Source: Candidatus Aminicenantes bacterium
Lineage (GTDB): Bacteria > Acidobacteriota > Aminicenantia > Aminicenantales > Aminicenantaceae
DNA: 64,000 bases
Reading direction: 5' to 3'
Assembly: GCA_030669305.1 (NCBI GenBank)
Contig: DAOVDU010000002.1
Coordinates: 318 to 64,317, forward strand
In this document: positions 17,713 to 27,088 of the stretch, one piece after another
Layout of the letters: every line of letters begins with the position of its first letter
Numbering within the stretch: position 1 is the stretch's first letter
The notes under the pieces: model-generated
The model's input: only the letters and a program-made list of their open reading frames with translations
Told to the model about the DNA's origin: nothing
The model's database searches: none
Translations under genes and position numbers: made by a program

Positions 17713-19650
17713 ATGAAGGTTTGGCGATTTGTTATCCTGTCTATGCTTTTTCTTTTTGCATCGAGTGTTGCTCTCGAAGCAGCACAGTTGACTCCAGAAC
17801 AAACTATGAAAAGGCGGCAGCTCTACGATCTTCGTCTTTCTCCCGATGGCTCCAGGATTGCACTGACAGTATCAGAGCCAGTTGAAGGAACCGAGCAAAA
17901 CAGAGACATCTGGGTCTTTGACATAAAGAGCCGCCATCTCAGGAAGTTCACAACTTCTCCAAAATCCGACACCCGGTCCCGTTGGTCTCCAGACGGAAAA
18001 ACGCTGGCGTTCCTGTCAGGACGATCCAAAACCACACAGATTTACATTTTAAGTATGCTTGGAGGCGAAGCAGAGGCCTTGACTGAAACCAAGACAGCAA
18101 TCCGAGCTTTTGAGTGGTCACCCGAGGGCAAACAGATTGCTTATCTCGCCACAGAGCCAGAAACGGAAGAGGAGGAGAAAAGGAAAAAAGATAAGGACGA
18201 TGCCAGAGTCGTAGATCTCGACGACAAGCATCCTCAACTCTGGATTTTAGATGTGGAATCGCGAGAAGTCCGGCAGCTTACCTATGGAAAATGGCGAATT
18301 TCAGAATTTAGCTGGGTGCCGCAGGGAGACCATCTTGTCATATCCGCAACAGATCATCCTCAACCCGAGCTGTTCACAAACCGGATCTATAGGGTCCAAG
18401 TGAGTGATGGAGAAATGAAATTGGTCTCAAGTCCACGCGGATCTTTCCATAGTCTGAAAGTTTCACCAGACGGAAAATTCATCGCCTATGTGGGGGCTCG
18501 TGTTGATGCTCCCATTGCCAGAGACATCTATCTCCAGCCTATTCCAGATGGGCAGCCACAGAATCTTACGAGTTCTTCAATCGATAGACAGATTAGGTCT
18601 TTTTTCTGGCGGAAGGACAGAAGCCTTCTGGCTCTGGTTCAGGCAGGGTTTAACAGCACGTTTTATGCCATTACACAAGACGGCAAGGCAGAAAAACTGG
18701 AAGGCTTTGATGTGAGTCCCTCGAGTTCGTTTGTAGTTGGCCCCGGGCTGCTGGCCTTTGTGGGTCAGTCGGCAACAAAGGCCCCAGAGCTATGGATTTC
18801 ACCACGGCCCGGGCATGCCGAACAGGTCTCTCACTTGAACAAGGAGTGGGACGAAATCGTTCTCACAAAACCTGAGATGCTTCGCTATTCGAGCTTCGAC
18901 GGAACTGAAATCGAAGCCACACTCCTAAAACCTGCAGGGTATAAGGAAGGCAGCCGGGTTCCTCTGTTAGTGCTGATCCATGGAGGTCCGTCAGGAGTTT
19001 GGTCCGACAGGTTCGAAGCTTGGGGCCAACTGCTTGCGGCTCGAGGTTTTGCCGTGCTCTATCCCAATATCCGGGGCTCAATCGGGTACGGCAACGCTTT
19101 TTTAGAGATGAACCGAAGGGACTGGGGTGGTGGCGATTTTAAGGACGTGATGGCAGGTGTTGATTTCCTGATCAAGCAAGGTATTGCTGACCCGGAACGG
19201 CTGGGGGTCGGTGGTTGGTCCTATGGAGGCTACATGGCCGCATGGGCTGTGACCCAAACACCAAGATTCAAGGCGGCTATCTCGGGAGCTCCGATGACCG
19301 ATCTAGCCAGTGAATACGGGACTGAATCCAGCTCCATCAACTCTTACGATACATGGTATCTCGGCACGCCCTACGAAAATCTGGACCTGTTTATCGAAAG
19401 GTCTCCCGTAACCCATGTCAAAAATGTTAGAACACCAACTCTTATTCTTTGTGGCGGGAAGGATACTACGGATCCCATTGGGCAGTGCCAACAGTTTTAT
19501 CGCGGGTTGAAGCGCTACGGTGTTAAAACCGAATTCGTCATATATCCGCGTGAAGGCCACGGAATCCGCGAGGAAAAGCACCGGATAGATTTGCTCAATC
19601 GTGTCCTCGGCTGGTTTGAAAAATATTTAGGAGGGGAGATCAGTCCTTGA
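17713..19650 (+). CDS. S9 family serine peptidase (prolyl oligopeptidase/acylaminoacyl-peptidase type) with N-terminal beta-propeller
   Basis: TolB-like SPDG repeats at the N-terminus. GGWSYGGY nucleophile motif and C-terminal D...H. Signal peptide. Confidence 0.85.
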   Translation: MKVWRFVILSMLFLFASSVALEAAQLTPEQTMKRRQLYDLRLSPDGSRIALTVSEPVEGTEQNRDIWVFDIKSRHLRKFTTSPKSDTRSRWSPDGKTLAFLSGRSKTTQIYILSMLGGEAEALTETKTAIRAFEWSPEGKQIAYLATEPETEEEEKRKKDKDDARVVDLDDKHPQLWILDVESREVRQLTYGKWRISEFSWVPQGDHLVISATDHPQPELFTNRIYRVQVSDGEMKLVSSPRGSFHSLKVSPDGKFIAYVGARVDAPIARDIYLQPIPDGQPQNLTSSSIDRQIRSFFWRKDRSLLALVQAGFNSTFYAITQDGKAEKLEGFDVSPSSSFVVGPGLLAFVGQSATKAPELWISPRPGHAEQVSHLNKEWDEIVLTKPEMLRYSSFDGTEIEATLLKPAGYKEGSRVPLLVLIHGGPSGVWSDRFEAWGQLLAARGFAVLYPNIRGSIGYGNAFLEMNRRDWGGGDFKDVMAGVDFLIKQGIADPERLGVGGWSYGGYMAAWAVTQTPRFKAAISGAPMTDLASEYGTESSSINSYDTWYLGTPYENLDLFIERSPVTHVKNVRTPTLILCGGKDTTDPIGQCQQFYRGLKRYGVKTEFVIYPREGHGIREEKHRIDLLNRVLGWFEKYLGGEISP

Positions 19651-19700
19651 AATTTGAATAATTCAAGATTCATAATTCAAGATTCAAGGGCTAACTCCAT

Positions 19701-19925
19701 TTGATAGGAGAATTCAAGATGCCGTTTTTTAGCATTTCAAAAATAGGGGCCTATGAGACCTGCCCTTTGCAGTATAAATACGCCTATATCGATAGAATAA
19801 AAGTCGAGGCAGAGGATACTGTCGAAACATTTCTCGGAAATATAGTGCACAAAGCGCTGGAGAAGCTGTACAGGGATAAGAGGTTCGAAAAATTGATGTC
19901 CCTGGAGGAGATGAGAGAGAATTGA
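19701..19925 (+). pseudogene. N-terminal fragment of a PD-(D/E)XK (Cas4/RecB-like) nuclease family gene
   Basis: MPFFSISKIGAYETCPLQYKYAYIDRI is the characteristic N-terminal motif of PD-(D/E)XK nuclease family proteins. The ORF stops after 74 aa and is followed by about 450 nt with no ORF. Confidence 0.45.
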
Positions 19926-20374
19926 AACAATTGAGGAAGTTTGGGGAGAAAGAAAAAGGATACAGGTTGAGTGTTTCGAAGAAATAAACTTTAGTTATAA
20001 ATTCTGGCGAAACAATATATAATAGAAAGGAATAATGGGATTATCGGTTCGAGGGAAAAGAGATTGTAGGATCTTCCCTCAAATTTGGAAAAAAAGTGAT
20101 TCATATGGCCTTCTTCAGGATCACCGAGAGTGAAAAGGTGGGAAAAATAGCTGGCTACAGGAGAAGAAGGGGATTTAGAACTGCTTAGTGAGCTAAAATG
20201 GAATAACTTGAAAAGAAGGGCGATTACTCTTATGTAATGTTCTTAAAGTGGCAACTTTACCCCCAAAATTGCTATTCTAAGGCCATATTTGACATAAAAT
20301 TTAGCTTTAACTCCGGAAAAATCAATGAGTTAGCGCAGTCTGACCGCATATCTTAATACGCATATCTTAATAAA

Positions 20375-21067
20375 ATGATTGGAGATGGAAAGAACAACGG
20401 AACCATCAGAATCTATAAAGTTCTTCAATTTCTGGAGAAAGAGCTTAAGGGGCCGAAGCCAGGTTTAGAAGCGCAACTTAAAATGATAACCAATCCCAGG
20501 TCTGGACATAAAGTGTATTATGAGGTGGAAGATTCGTGCAACAAGGCAGGAGTCCTTGTTCTACTGTACCCGTGGATGGACAGGCTTCATCTAGTGTTAA
20601 CTCGCCGGACTAAGCGTGTGGAGTTTCACCAAGGACAGATTTCCTTCCCAGGCGGACGTCAGGAAAAGGGGGAAAGCTTCGCACAAACAGCTCTCAGGGA
20701 AGCCCAAGAGGAGCTCGAAATAGATTCGAGCTCGACCCGAATTCTGGGGGAATTGACTCCTCTCTATATCCCGCCGAGCAACTATTGCATCTATCCAGTT
20801 GTAGCAACGATTGATGTGCGTCCTGATTTTCAGCCTTCAGCACTCGAAGTGGCTGATGTTATCGAGATCCCTCTGGATCATCTGGCCGATCCAAAAAACG
20901 CCCGGAAAGAAATGCGGACCATCAGGGGTGCTGAAGTCGAGGTCCCTTTTTATTCATTCAAAGAATATAAGATCTGGGGTGCCACCGCAATGGTATTGGC
21001 AGAGTTTGTCGAATTGCTAAAAAGGCACAAAGGAGTTAGGAGGAATAATGAAAACCAAAACCTTTAA
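20375..21067 (+). CDS. NUDIX hydrolase, CoA-pyrophosphatase (NudL)-like
   Basis: Nudix box GGRQEKGESFAQTALREAQEELEI. Upstream LLTRR..V..HQGQISFPGG is typical of CoA pyrophosphatases. Confidence 0.8.
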   Translation: MIGDGKNNGTIRIYKVLQFLEKELKGPKPGLEAQLKMITNPRSGHKVYYEVEDSCNKAGVLVLLYPWMDRLHLVLTRRTKRVEFHQGQISFPGGRQEKGESFAQTALREAQEELEIDSSSTRILGELTPLYIPPSNYCIYPVVATIDVRPDFQPSALEVADVIEIPLDHLADPKNARKEMRTIRGAEVEVPFYSFKEYKIWGATAMVLAEFVELLKRHKGVRRNNENQNL

Positions 21068-22424
21068 AATCATAATCTTTCTACTTTTTATAATGTGTTA
21101 TGTCTTTCCGGACATGGCTTTTGCAGAGGCAGAAAAAACACCATCATCCGCAGTATTTGATAAGATTCTAAAAATTATAGAAAAGGAGTATCCATCGCTC
21201 GAAACCCTGTACAAACATCTGCATGCGAATCCCGAGCTTTCTTTACAAGAAAAAAACACATCCAAACGGATCGCTTCAGAATTGGAACAGGCCGGCTACG
21301 GAGTAACCAGGAATGTCGGAGGTTATGGTGTGGTGGGAATAATGAAGAATGGAGAAGGTCCGACTGTTATGATCCGTACAGATATGGATGCACTTCCGAT
21401 CGAAGAGAAGACTGGGCTCCCTTATGCCAGTAAAGTCCGCGCCAAAGATGCACAAGGCAGGGAAGTCTGCGTGATGCACGCATGCGGCCATGATATCCAC
21501 ATGACAGTGTTCATCGGCATGGCGAAACTGCTCAGCCAGATCAAAGACCTATGGAAAGGGACGCTGGTCATGGTGGGACAACCTGCAGAAGAAAGCGGCG
21601 GAGGGGCAAGATCCATGATTGCCGAAGGACTTTTCACCCGTTTCCCCCGGCCGGATTATGCCCTCGCCCTGCATGATGCTCCATTCCCTGCTGGGATGGT
21701 TTCCACCTGTGAAGGCTATATTTTGGCCAATGTCGACTCTGTTGATATCACTGTCCGTGGAGTCGGTGGACATGGAGGGATGCCTCAAGATACAAAAGAC
21801 CCGATAGTCATGGCATCCCAGCTGGTGCTGGCACTACAAACCATAGTTAGTCGAGAAATGGATCCGAACATTCCCGCTGTGGTGACAGTAGGTTCAATTC
21901 ATGGAGGCACCAAACACAATATCATTCCTGATGAAGTTTTTCTTCAGCTCACTGTTCGTTCTTATGGAGACAATGCCCGTAAGAATATTTTGGCCTCTAT
22001 CAAGAGAATCACAAAGGGTATTGCTGTTGCTGCCGGTGTACCTGAAGACCGGATGCCGATCGTTAAAGTTGGAGAAATTCATACGCCTGCCACATACAAC
22101 GATCCAGAATTAACCCGAAGAATAACCAAGGCCTTTCGTGCCATCCTGGGGGATAAAAATGTGTTTACTAGCGAACCCGCCACGGCCGGCGAAGACTTTG
22201 CAGAATACGGCCGTGTAAAACCACGGATTCCTATATGCATATTCTGGCTTGGAGCTGTGGACTCAAAGCTCTTTTTGCGTGCTCGAATACCTGGAGAGCG
22301 GATTCCGACACTTCATTCTCCTTATTGGTCACCGCTTCCCGACATGACGATCAAGACAGGGATGAAAGCCATGGGCGCGGCTGTGTTGGAATTGATGGGA
22401 GATTTCATAGACAAGGAAAGGTGA
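21048..22424 (+). CDS. M20D-family amidohydrolase/peptidase (hippurate-hydrolase-like), secreted
   Basis: MHACGHD metal-binding motif. Signal peptide. 458 aa. Confidence 0.85.
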   Translation: MKTKTFKIIIFLLFIMCYVFPDMAFAEAEKTPSSAVFDKILKIIEKEYPSLETLYKHLHANPELSLQEKNTSKRIASELEQAGYGVTRNVGGYGVVGIMKNGEGPTVMIRTDMDALPIEEKTGLPYASKVRAKDAQGREVCVMHACGHDIHMTVFIGMAKLLSQIKDLWKGTLVMVGQPAEESGGGARSMIAEGLFTRFPRPDYALALHDAPFPAGMVSTCEGYILANVDSVDITVRGVGGHGGMPQDTKDPIVMASQLVLALQTIVSREMDPNIPAVVTVGSIHGGTKHNIIPDEVFLQLTVRSYGDNARKNILASIKRITKGIAVAAGVPEDRMPIVKVGEIHTPATYNDPELTRRITKAFRAILGDKNVFTSEPATAGEDFAEYGRVKPRIPICIFWLGAVDSKLFLRARIPGERIPTLHSPYWSPLPDMTIKTGMKAMGAAVLELMGDFIDKER

Positions 22425-22452
22425 AAAGATGAATCAAGCTCTGGATAAAGTG

Positions 22453-22950
22453 TAGAAAAGGGGTCGGGTCTCAACATTAGACATTTCTTAGAATGGGTTC
22501 AGGTCCCATTTTCCCATACAGAGATTTAATTCATTTGTAGGGGCTTGATTTATCAAGCCCGCCGTATCCCTACATAAGTTGTTGTACTTTGGGAAACATT
22601 CTCTTGTTTTTTATTTTTCCTTTTCCAATAATAATAAACCGGCTTTCCCAGTGCGGTGAGAAAGATGCCGGCCAGAGCTTCAACGGGTTTTTCTATCAGC
22701 GTATTGAGAAAAATGCCTAGTGAAGCGAAAATGAATATAATGGGGACTGCAGGATATCCCCAGGTCTTATACGGAAAGATAAGAATTTAATTTTTGCGAT
22801 AGCACCAATTCCTCGCCAATTTCCTCTATTTTCGTCAGCTGAAATCCTGAAGTGAACATATCACACTCAAAACGGCAGTGTCAATTGCCAGTGCTCTCCC
22901 TTCTCCTCGGCTGCCATCAGAAGTTCCTGCTGGAAGACCCGAGGTGGAGG
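22453..22950. repeat. 552-bp segmental repeat, copy 2 (498 bp)
   Basis: Aligns base-for-base with 16087-16638 except for a 54-nt deletion and scattered substitutions. Confidence 0.85.
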
Positions 22951-23028
22951 CAAGCATCAAAATCCCAATGACCAAAACTAAAAAAAATTAAGATAATTAG
23001 ACTTGTTTTGTAATTTTAGTAATTGAAA
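22951..23028. repeat. 78-nt repeat, copy B, directly abutting copy 2 of the 552-bp repeat
   Basis: 49 nt identical to 14053-14101, then near-identical for the rest. Confidence 0.8.
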
Positions 23029-23071
23029 TTTGTTTGGAATTTGGGATTTTGATTTTGGAATTTCATTTATA

Positions 23072-24838
23072 TCATTCCAGCGTAATTGTTTTTTCGATTT
23101 TTCCGGCATGCCTGGATTGATATTTTATTGTGACTTTTCCTTTACCCGAAATCAGGAATTGATGTTCCACTTTTCCGAAGCCGGGGATAGTCAAAAATTG
23201 AAGCTCTGGCCGGAATTTTTTATATACAACCTGGTTTCTGTAGATGTTCGTTAGCTTGCCTCCTGCTGCAACTTTAATGTTTTTGCCTGAAACAGTCAGC
23301 ATATCCTGAGCGTAAAGTTTGACTTTCTGTGCATGAAAGCTCATGGTTGGGATAGCTTTTGAATTGTGGAGTCTTGTGCGGATCCTGTAGAGATTCTTTC
23401 CTGCCTTTTTTATCTCAAAGACATCCAGGCTTACTTCAGGAGTGTGTTTTGCTGAAAAGATAATAGCAGCGGCATTACGATGAACCATGTCCTTTAACAT
23501 GAAAGGAGCAGGTAAACGGGAACTCATCTTGATCCAGCCTCCAATTTCAATATCAACGTATGTTGGGTGTTTATAAGGTTTCCACGGTTTAAACAGTTCT
23601 CCCTGAGCAAGGTGGTCATTGAATTTTAGCCTTTCTCTTTCAAACTCGTTGCCTCCTCCAAAAAACATCTCCTCCTCGGTCTGTGGTTTTGTTTTTTTCG
23701 CTTCTTTTATGCTCTTAAAAGTCTCAGCTGTGGCCTGAAACAATTCTCCTACAAAACCGTACGCTCCATTTATCATAAACATCCATTCTGAAAATTCACC
23801 GTAAGTTGCATACATGTCTTTCCAGCCGATGATATAACGGTATCCTGGAATAATCCGCTCAGATTGCTCTCCAAGATAATCATACACGGCAACATCCTGT
23901 GGAGGATACGCTCCCTGGCCTTTAGTGCTGGGTCCACGTACAAAGAGTCCACCTGAATTGTGGAAAGCCCATACCATGCAAATGTTGGGCCGTTTTCGGA
24001 TGTATTTTCCTATGGCCTTGATTCCAGTACCTGAAAAGGGATAATCACCTGCACCTTGCTGCACATACTCAGGCGCCCAGTCATAACCCCAGTTCCTGTT
24101 ACCATCCACATAGCCTTCAGAATCTTCGTTAATCTTCCCATCGCCGTCATTATCAATTCCCTCCTGACCGAGGATTGTCCATTCTCCTTTTTTGCCGGGC
24201 TTTACACGGATCATCAACCTGGGATCTTCTGGATCTGTCTTAAACTCTCCGAAAGGATCACGTTTCCTCATTGTGCAAATATTTCCATCCCCATCGAGAT
24301 CATCGGGAAAATCTTCATCTACCAGACCGTCTCGGTCATCATCCTTGGGTATGCGCAGGCTGCGATTGCTGCTCGGAGTATTGGCATCTTCAAAAAAATG
24401 AACGCGGCCGTCCACATTGACAACCGGAATCACATAAAAACATTTTTTATCTACAAGTTTTGTTATTTCATCATTCTTTCCATAATTTGTCAGGAGATAA
24501 TTGAGCAGATAGAGGGCCACTTCTCCTGCCTGAATCTCGTTTCCGTGAATATTGCCATCAACATAGATCCCGGGTTTGTCCAATTCCCTCCCGGTTTTGG
24601 GGTTATTGACCGTCAAAGCATAGATTTCCCGTCCTTCTTCGCTCTTCCCGACCATATCAAGCTTGGTCAAGTGAGGATAGGCTTTATTAAGTGCCTTAAC
24701 AGCTTCAACAACCGTCTCATAGGTGTAGTAATTATCGAAGCTGAGTGGTATGGTCACTTTATGTTTCTGATTACTTGAAAAATAAACAGCTGACAGGGAA
24801 AAAATCATTATGATTAAAAGAATAAATATTCTTTTCAT
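23072..24838 (-). CDS. M14-family zinc carboxypeptidase with Asp-rich Ca-binding-like inserts
   Basis: DGNIHGNEIQAGE (HxxE zinc site). TSP3-like DDDRDGLVDEDFPDDLDGDGN and DNDGDGKINEDSEGYVDGN inserts. Likely start MKRIFILL at 24838 (signal peptide). Confidence 0.8.
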   Translation of the reverse strand: MKRIFILLIIMIFSLSAVYFSSNQKHKVTIPLSFDNYYTYETVVEAVKALNKAYPHLTKLDMVGKSEEGREIYALTVNNPKTGRELDKPGIYVDGNIHGNEIQAGEVALYLLNYLLTNYGKNDEITKLVDKKCFYVIPVVNVDGRVHFFEDANTPSSNRSLRIPKDDDRDGLVDEDFPDDLDGDGNICTMRKRDPFGEFKTDPEDPRLMIRVKPGKKGEWTILGQEGIDNDGDGKINEDSEGYVDGNRNWGYDWAPEYVQQGAGDYPFSGTGIKAIGKYIRKRPNICMVWAFHNSGGLFVRGPSTKGQGAYPPQDVAVYDYLGEQSERIIPGYRYIIGWKDMYATYGEFSEWMFMINGAYGFVGELFQATAETFKSIKEAKKTKPQTEEEMFFGGGNEFERERLKFNDHLAQGELFKPWKPYKHPTYVDIEIGGWIKMSSRLPAPFMLKDMVHRNAAAIIFSAKHTPEVSLDVFEIKKAGKNLYRIRTRLHNSKAIPTMSFHAQKVKLYAQDMLTVSGKNIKVAAGGKLTNIYRNQVVYKKFRPELQFLTIPGFGKVEHQFLISGKGKVTIKYQSRHAGKIEKTITLE

Positions 24839-26862
24839 TTCATACCTCCTAACTCTATTTGCTTTGTATCTTGCCAAGCAATAGAGGTGAATGCCTTTAA
24901 ATTTAATCTCACTGGTTTTTCAGCATAAATGATCCAGCTTAATATTTGTTTTTTATTGCCCTCAATTCCTTTAATTAAACTCCGTTTCTTGCCTTCGACT
25001 ATTCTGAAGTTTTTTCCATCTATAGTCACAATAACGGGAAATATGCGGTTATTTCTTTTTCCCATGGCTGTGGGGTAGGGGAGATAACCAGTGTTTTCAA
25101 TCCATGCTTTTACACGATAAAGTCCTACTCCCAGAACTTTTGTTTCTGTTTTATTTATCTTGATTCGGGCCATTTTTTCTGCAATCTGAAAAACCCAGGG
25201 AACCTGTCCTTTTAAAAGTTTTTCTATCATTCGAGCAGGCGGTGTATTGGAAGCATATGGAACAACACCACCTATTTCAACTTCTCCTAAAGTCGGATGC
25301 TTATATGGTTTCCATTCGACAAATCCCTTTCCATCCAATTCCTTATCGCTGAAAGCCAGCAAGGCTTTCTCTTTCGGATCTCCGCCTTCCTTACTCTTTG
25401 GCTTGGGCATCTGCCTTAACATTTCTGCCATTTTTTTTGGTGTCATCATACCGTTTTTAACCGCATCCATGACCATCTTAGCCTTAAAATTCGAGGGAGC
25501 TCCAGATGATTTCAGGAATTCGGATATCTTTTCTTCTCCAAGTGCAATAAAATCTTCATTACTCATTTTTTCTAGTTTTTCAGGTGTGATTGCTGCCTCC
25601 TCTTTTTTTTCTTCTTTTACTTCAGGAAGTGTCCAGAAATCCATACTGAAAGAAGGCACACCAAGCTGATAATAGGCCCATAATTCAAAGGAACCGTCTT
25701 TTGCACCCGAAGTATCAAGTCGTTTGGCATCGAGTTTATTCTTTTTGAGGAATTCCTTGTATTTTTCTGAGAGCTCTTTATAAAATTTTAAATCCTCTGG
25801 AAGAGGATTCACCACAGCTCCCAGACCTAAGAAGCTTGCAATCATTGATTCTGTCACTTCCATACCAGCAGGAACAAACTGCTGGACCATATCCATGATT
25901 TCCTTCATGGTGTAAGTTTTTTCCGGGTCAATATTGAGAGCTGTAGCAAAGCGTTTCGGAATCTTGATCTTTGTAAGATCTACCTCACCCTTCCTGCCTC
26001 CTTTTGGCGGAGTTAGACAAAAATTGGTCTCTCCAAAAGTAAATGTCATCGCAATTTCTCTATGCTCTAATATGAATTTAATAAGATTATAGCTTTCCTT
26101 TTCGCTCCCTGCCCAGGAGCCCCCGGTTTTCGTAAAGAATCTAAAGAGATGTGGGAAATTAATGCCGATGTTGACACCCCCTGGGCCATCTTCATTGTAT
26201 TCTCCATCCCTGTCATTATCTATTCCTTCGGTGTAAAGCTTGTATATTCCTTTCTCACCCTTAGCCCAATCTGCCTTTTTCATCATTCTTGGGTCACCAG
26301 GTACAGGTATCCATTCTCCTTGAGGGTCCTTAACTCGCATCTGGGTAATGATACTGTTTCCATCAAAATCTTCGACACCGTCTTCATCAACTTTGTCGTC
26401 CATATCATCGTTATAAGGATGAGCGTTTCGAGCGTCCATCATCAAGGGTTTAGTGAAATATTTCTCCGCTGCATCAGGGTTTCCACAGGGTAGGATATAC
26501 CATGTTTTGTCTTTCCTGATTTCAGGCTTTTCGAGAATCAGTTGAATCAAGTACACCGCTGCTTCACTCGAGATGGGAACCGTGCCTTCCATGTTTGCAG
26601 CCACAAATACAGCAGGCTGGGTTTTCTTGTTTTTATTGACTTCAGGGCCAATCTCTATCATGTTTATTTCTATTTTGCCCGGACTTACCGAGATTTTGTG
26701 TAATGCTGTGATTTTTGGGTTTGACCTAACAAAATCTTTGAGAGCCTCATTCAGTTCAGCAGGAGTGTGATAACGGTCAAAATTGAATTTAGACTGGGCT
26801 GTCAAACCAGATAATGTGAGAAGAATAATACAGACTAAAATAAGTAGCTTTTTTTGTCTCAT
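24835..26862 (-). CDS. M14-family paralogue lacking the HxxE zinc-binding motif (putative pseudopeptidase)
   Basis: Collinear with the downstream M14 gene. The aligned site reads AANMEGTVPISSE, so His and Glu are replaced. Same Asp-rich inserts (NDDMDDKVDEDGVEDFDGN, DNDRDGEYNEDGPGG). Likely start MRQKK at 26862 after GAGGTG. Confidence 0.7.
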   Translation of the reverse strand: MRQKKLLILVCIILLTLSGLTAQSKFNFDRYHTPAELNEALKDFVRSNPKITALHKISVSPGKIEINMIEIGPEVNKNKKTQPAVFVAANMEGTVPISSEAAVYLIQLILEKPEIRKDKTWYILPCGNPDAAEKYFTKPLMMDARNAHPYNDDMDDKVDEDGVEDFDGNSIITQMRVKDPQGEWIPVPGDPRMMKKADWAKGEKGIYKLYTEGIDNDRDGEYNEDGPGGVNIGINFPHLFRFFTKTGGSWAGSEKESYNLIKFILEHREIAMTFTFGETNFCLTPPKGGRKGEVDLTKIKIPKRFATALNIDPEKTYTMKEIMDMVQQFVPAGMEVTESMIASFLGLGAVVNPLPEDLKFYKELSEKYKEFLKKNKLDAKRLDTSGAKDGSFELWAYYQLGVPSFSMDFWTLPEVKEEKKEEAAITPEKLEKMSNEDFIALGEEKISEFLKSSGAPSNFKAKMVMDAVKNGMMTPKKMAEMLRQMPKPKSKEGGDPKEKALLAFSDKELDGKGFVEWKPYKHPTLGEVEIGGVVPYASNTPPARMIEKLLKGQVPWVFQIAEKMARIKINKTETKVLGVGLYRVKAWIENTGYLPYPTAMGKRNNRIFPVIVTIDGKNFRIVEGKKRSLIKGIEGNKKQILSWIIYAEKPVRLNLKAFTSIAWQDTKQIELGGMK

Positions 26863-27088
26863 CTTCACCTCATTAATAAATTTATATTTATATACGAAAA
26901 ATCGCCCAATTTTGTTCACTTGATGAAAGATGTCCTTAAAAGTGGTAATTATAAAACAATTTTTAATGAAGAGGAAACAAAAACAAGCTACAGGCGGTTT
27001 TTATTTAATTGAAAAATTGAAGACAAGTTGATAAAGTAGATTTCAGAACTAAGCTTCATACTTAACGAAAAAAGAAGGAAAGAAACAG

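Noticed and set aside
24056-24778. 240-aa ORF on the + strand inside the M14 carboxypeptidase gene
   Set aside because: Antisense to a well-supported CDS, with low-complexity translation and no motif. Typical shadow ORF.
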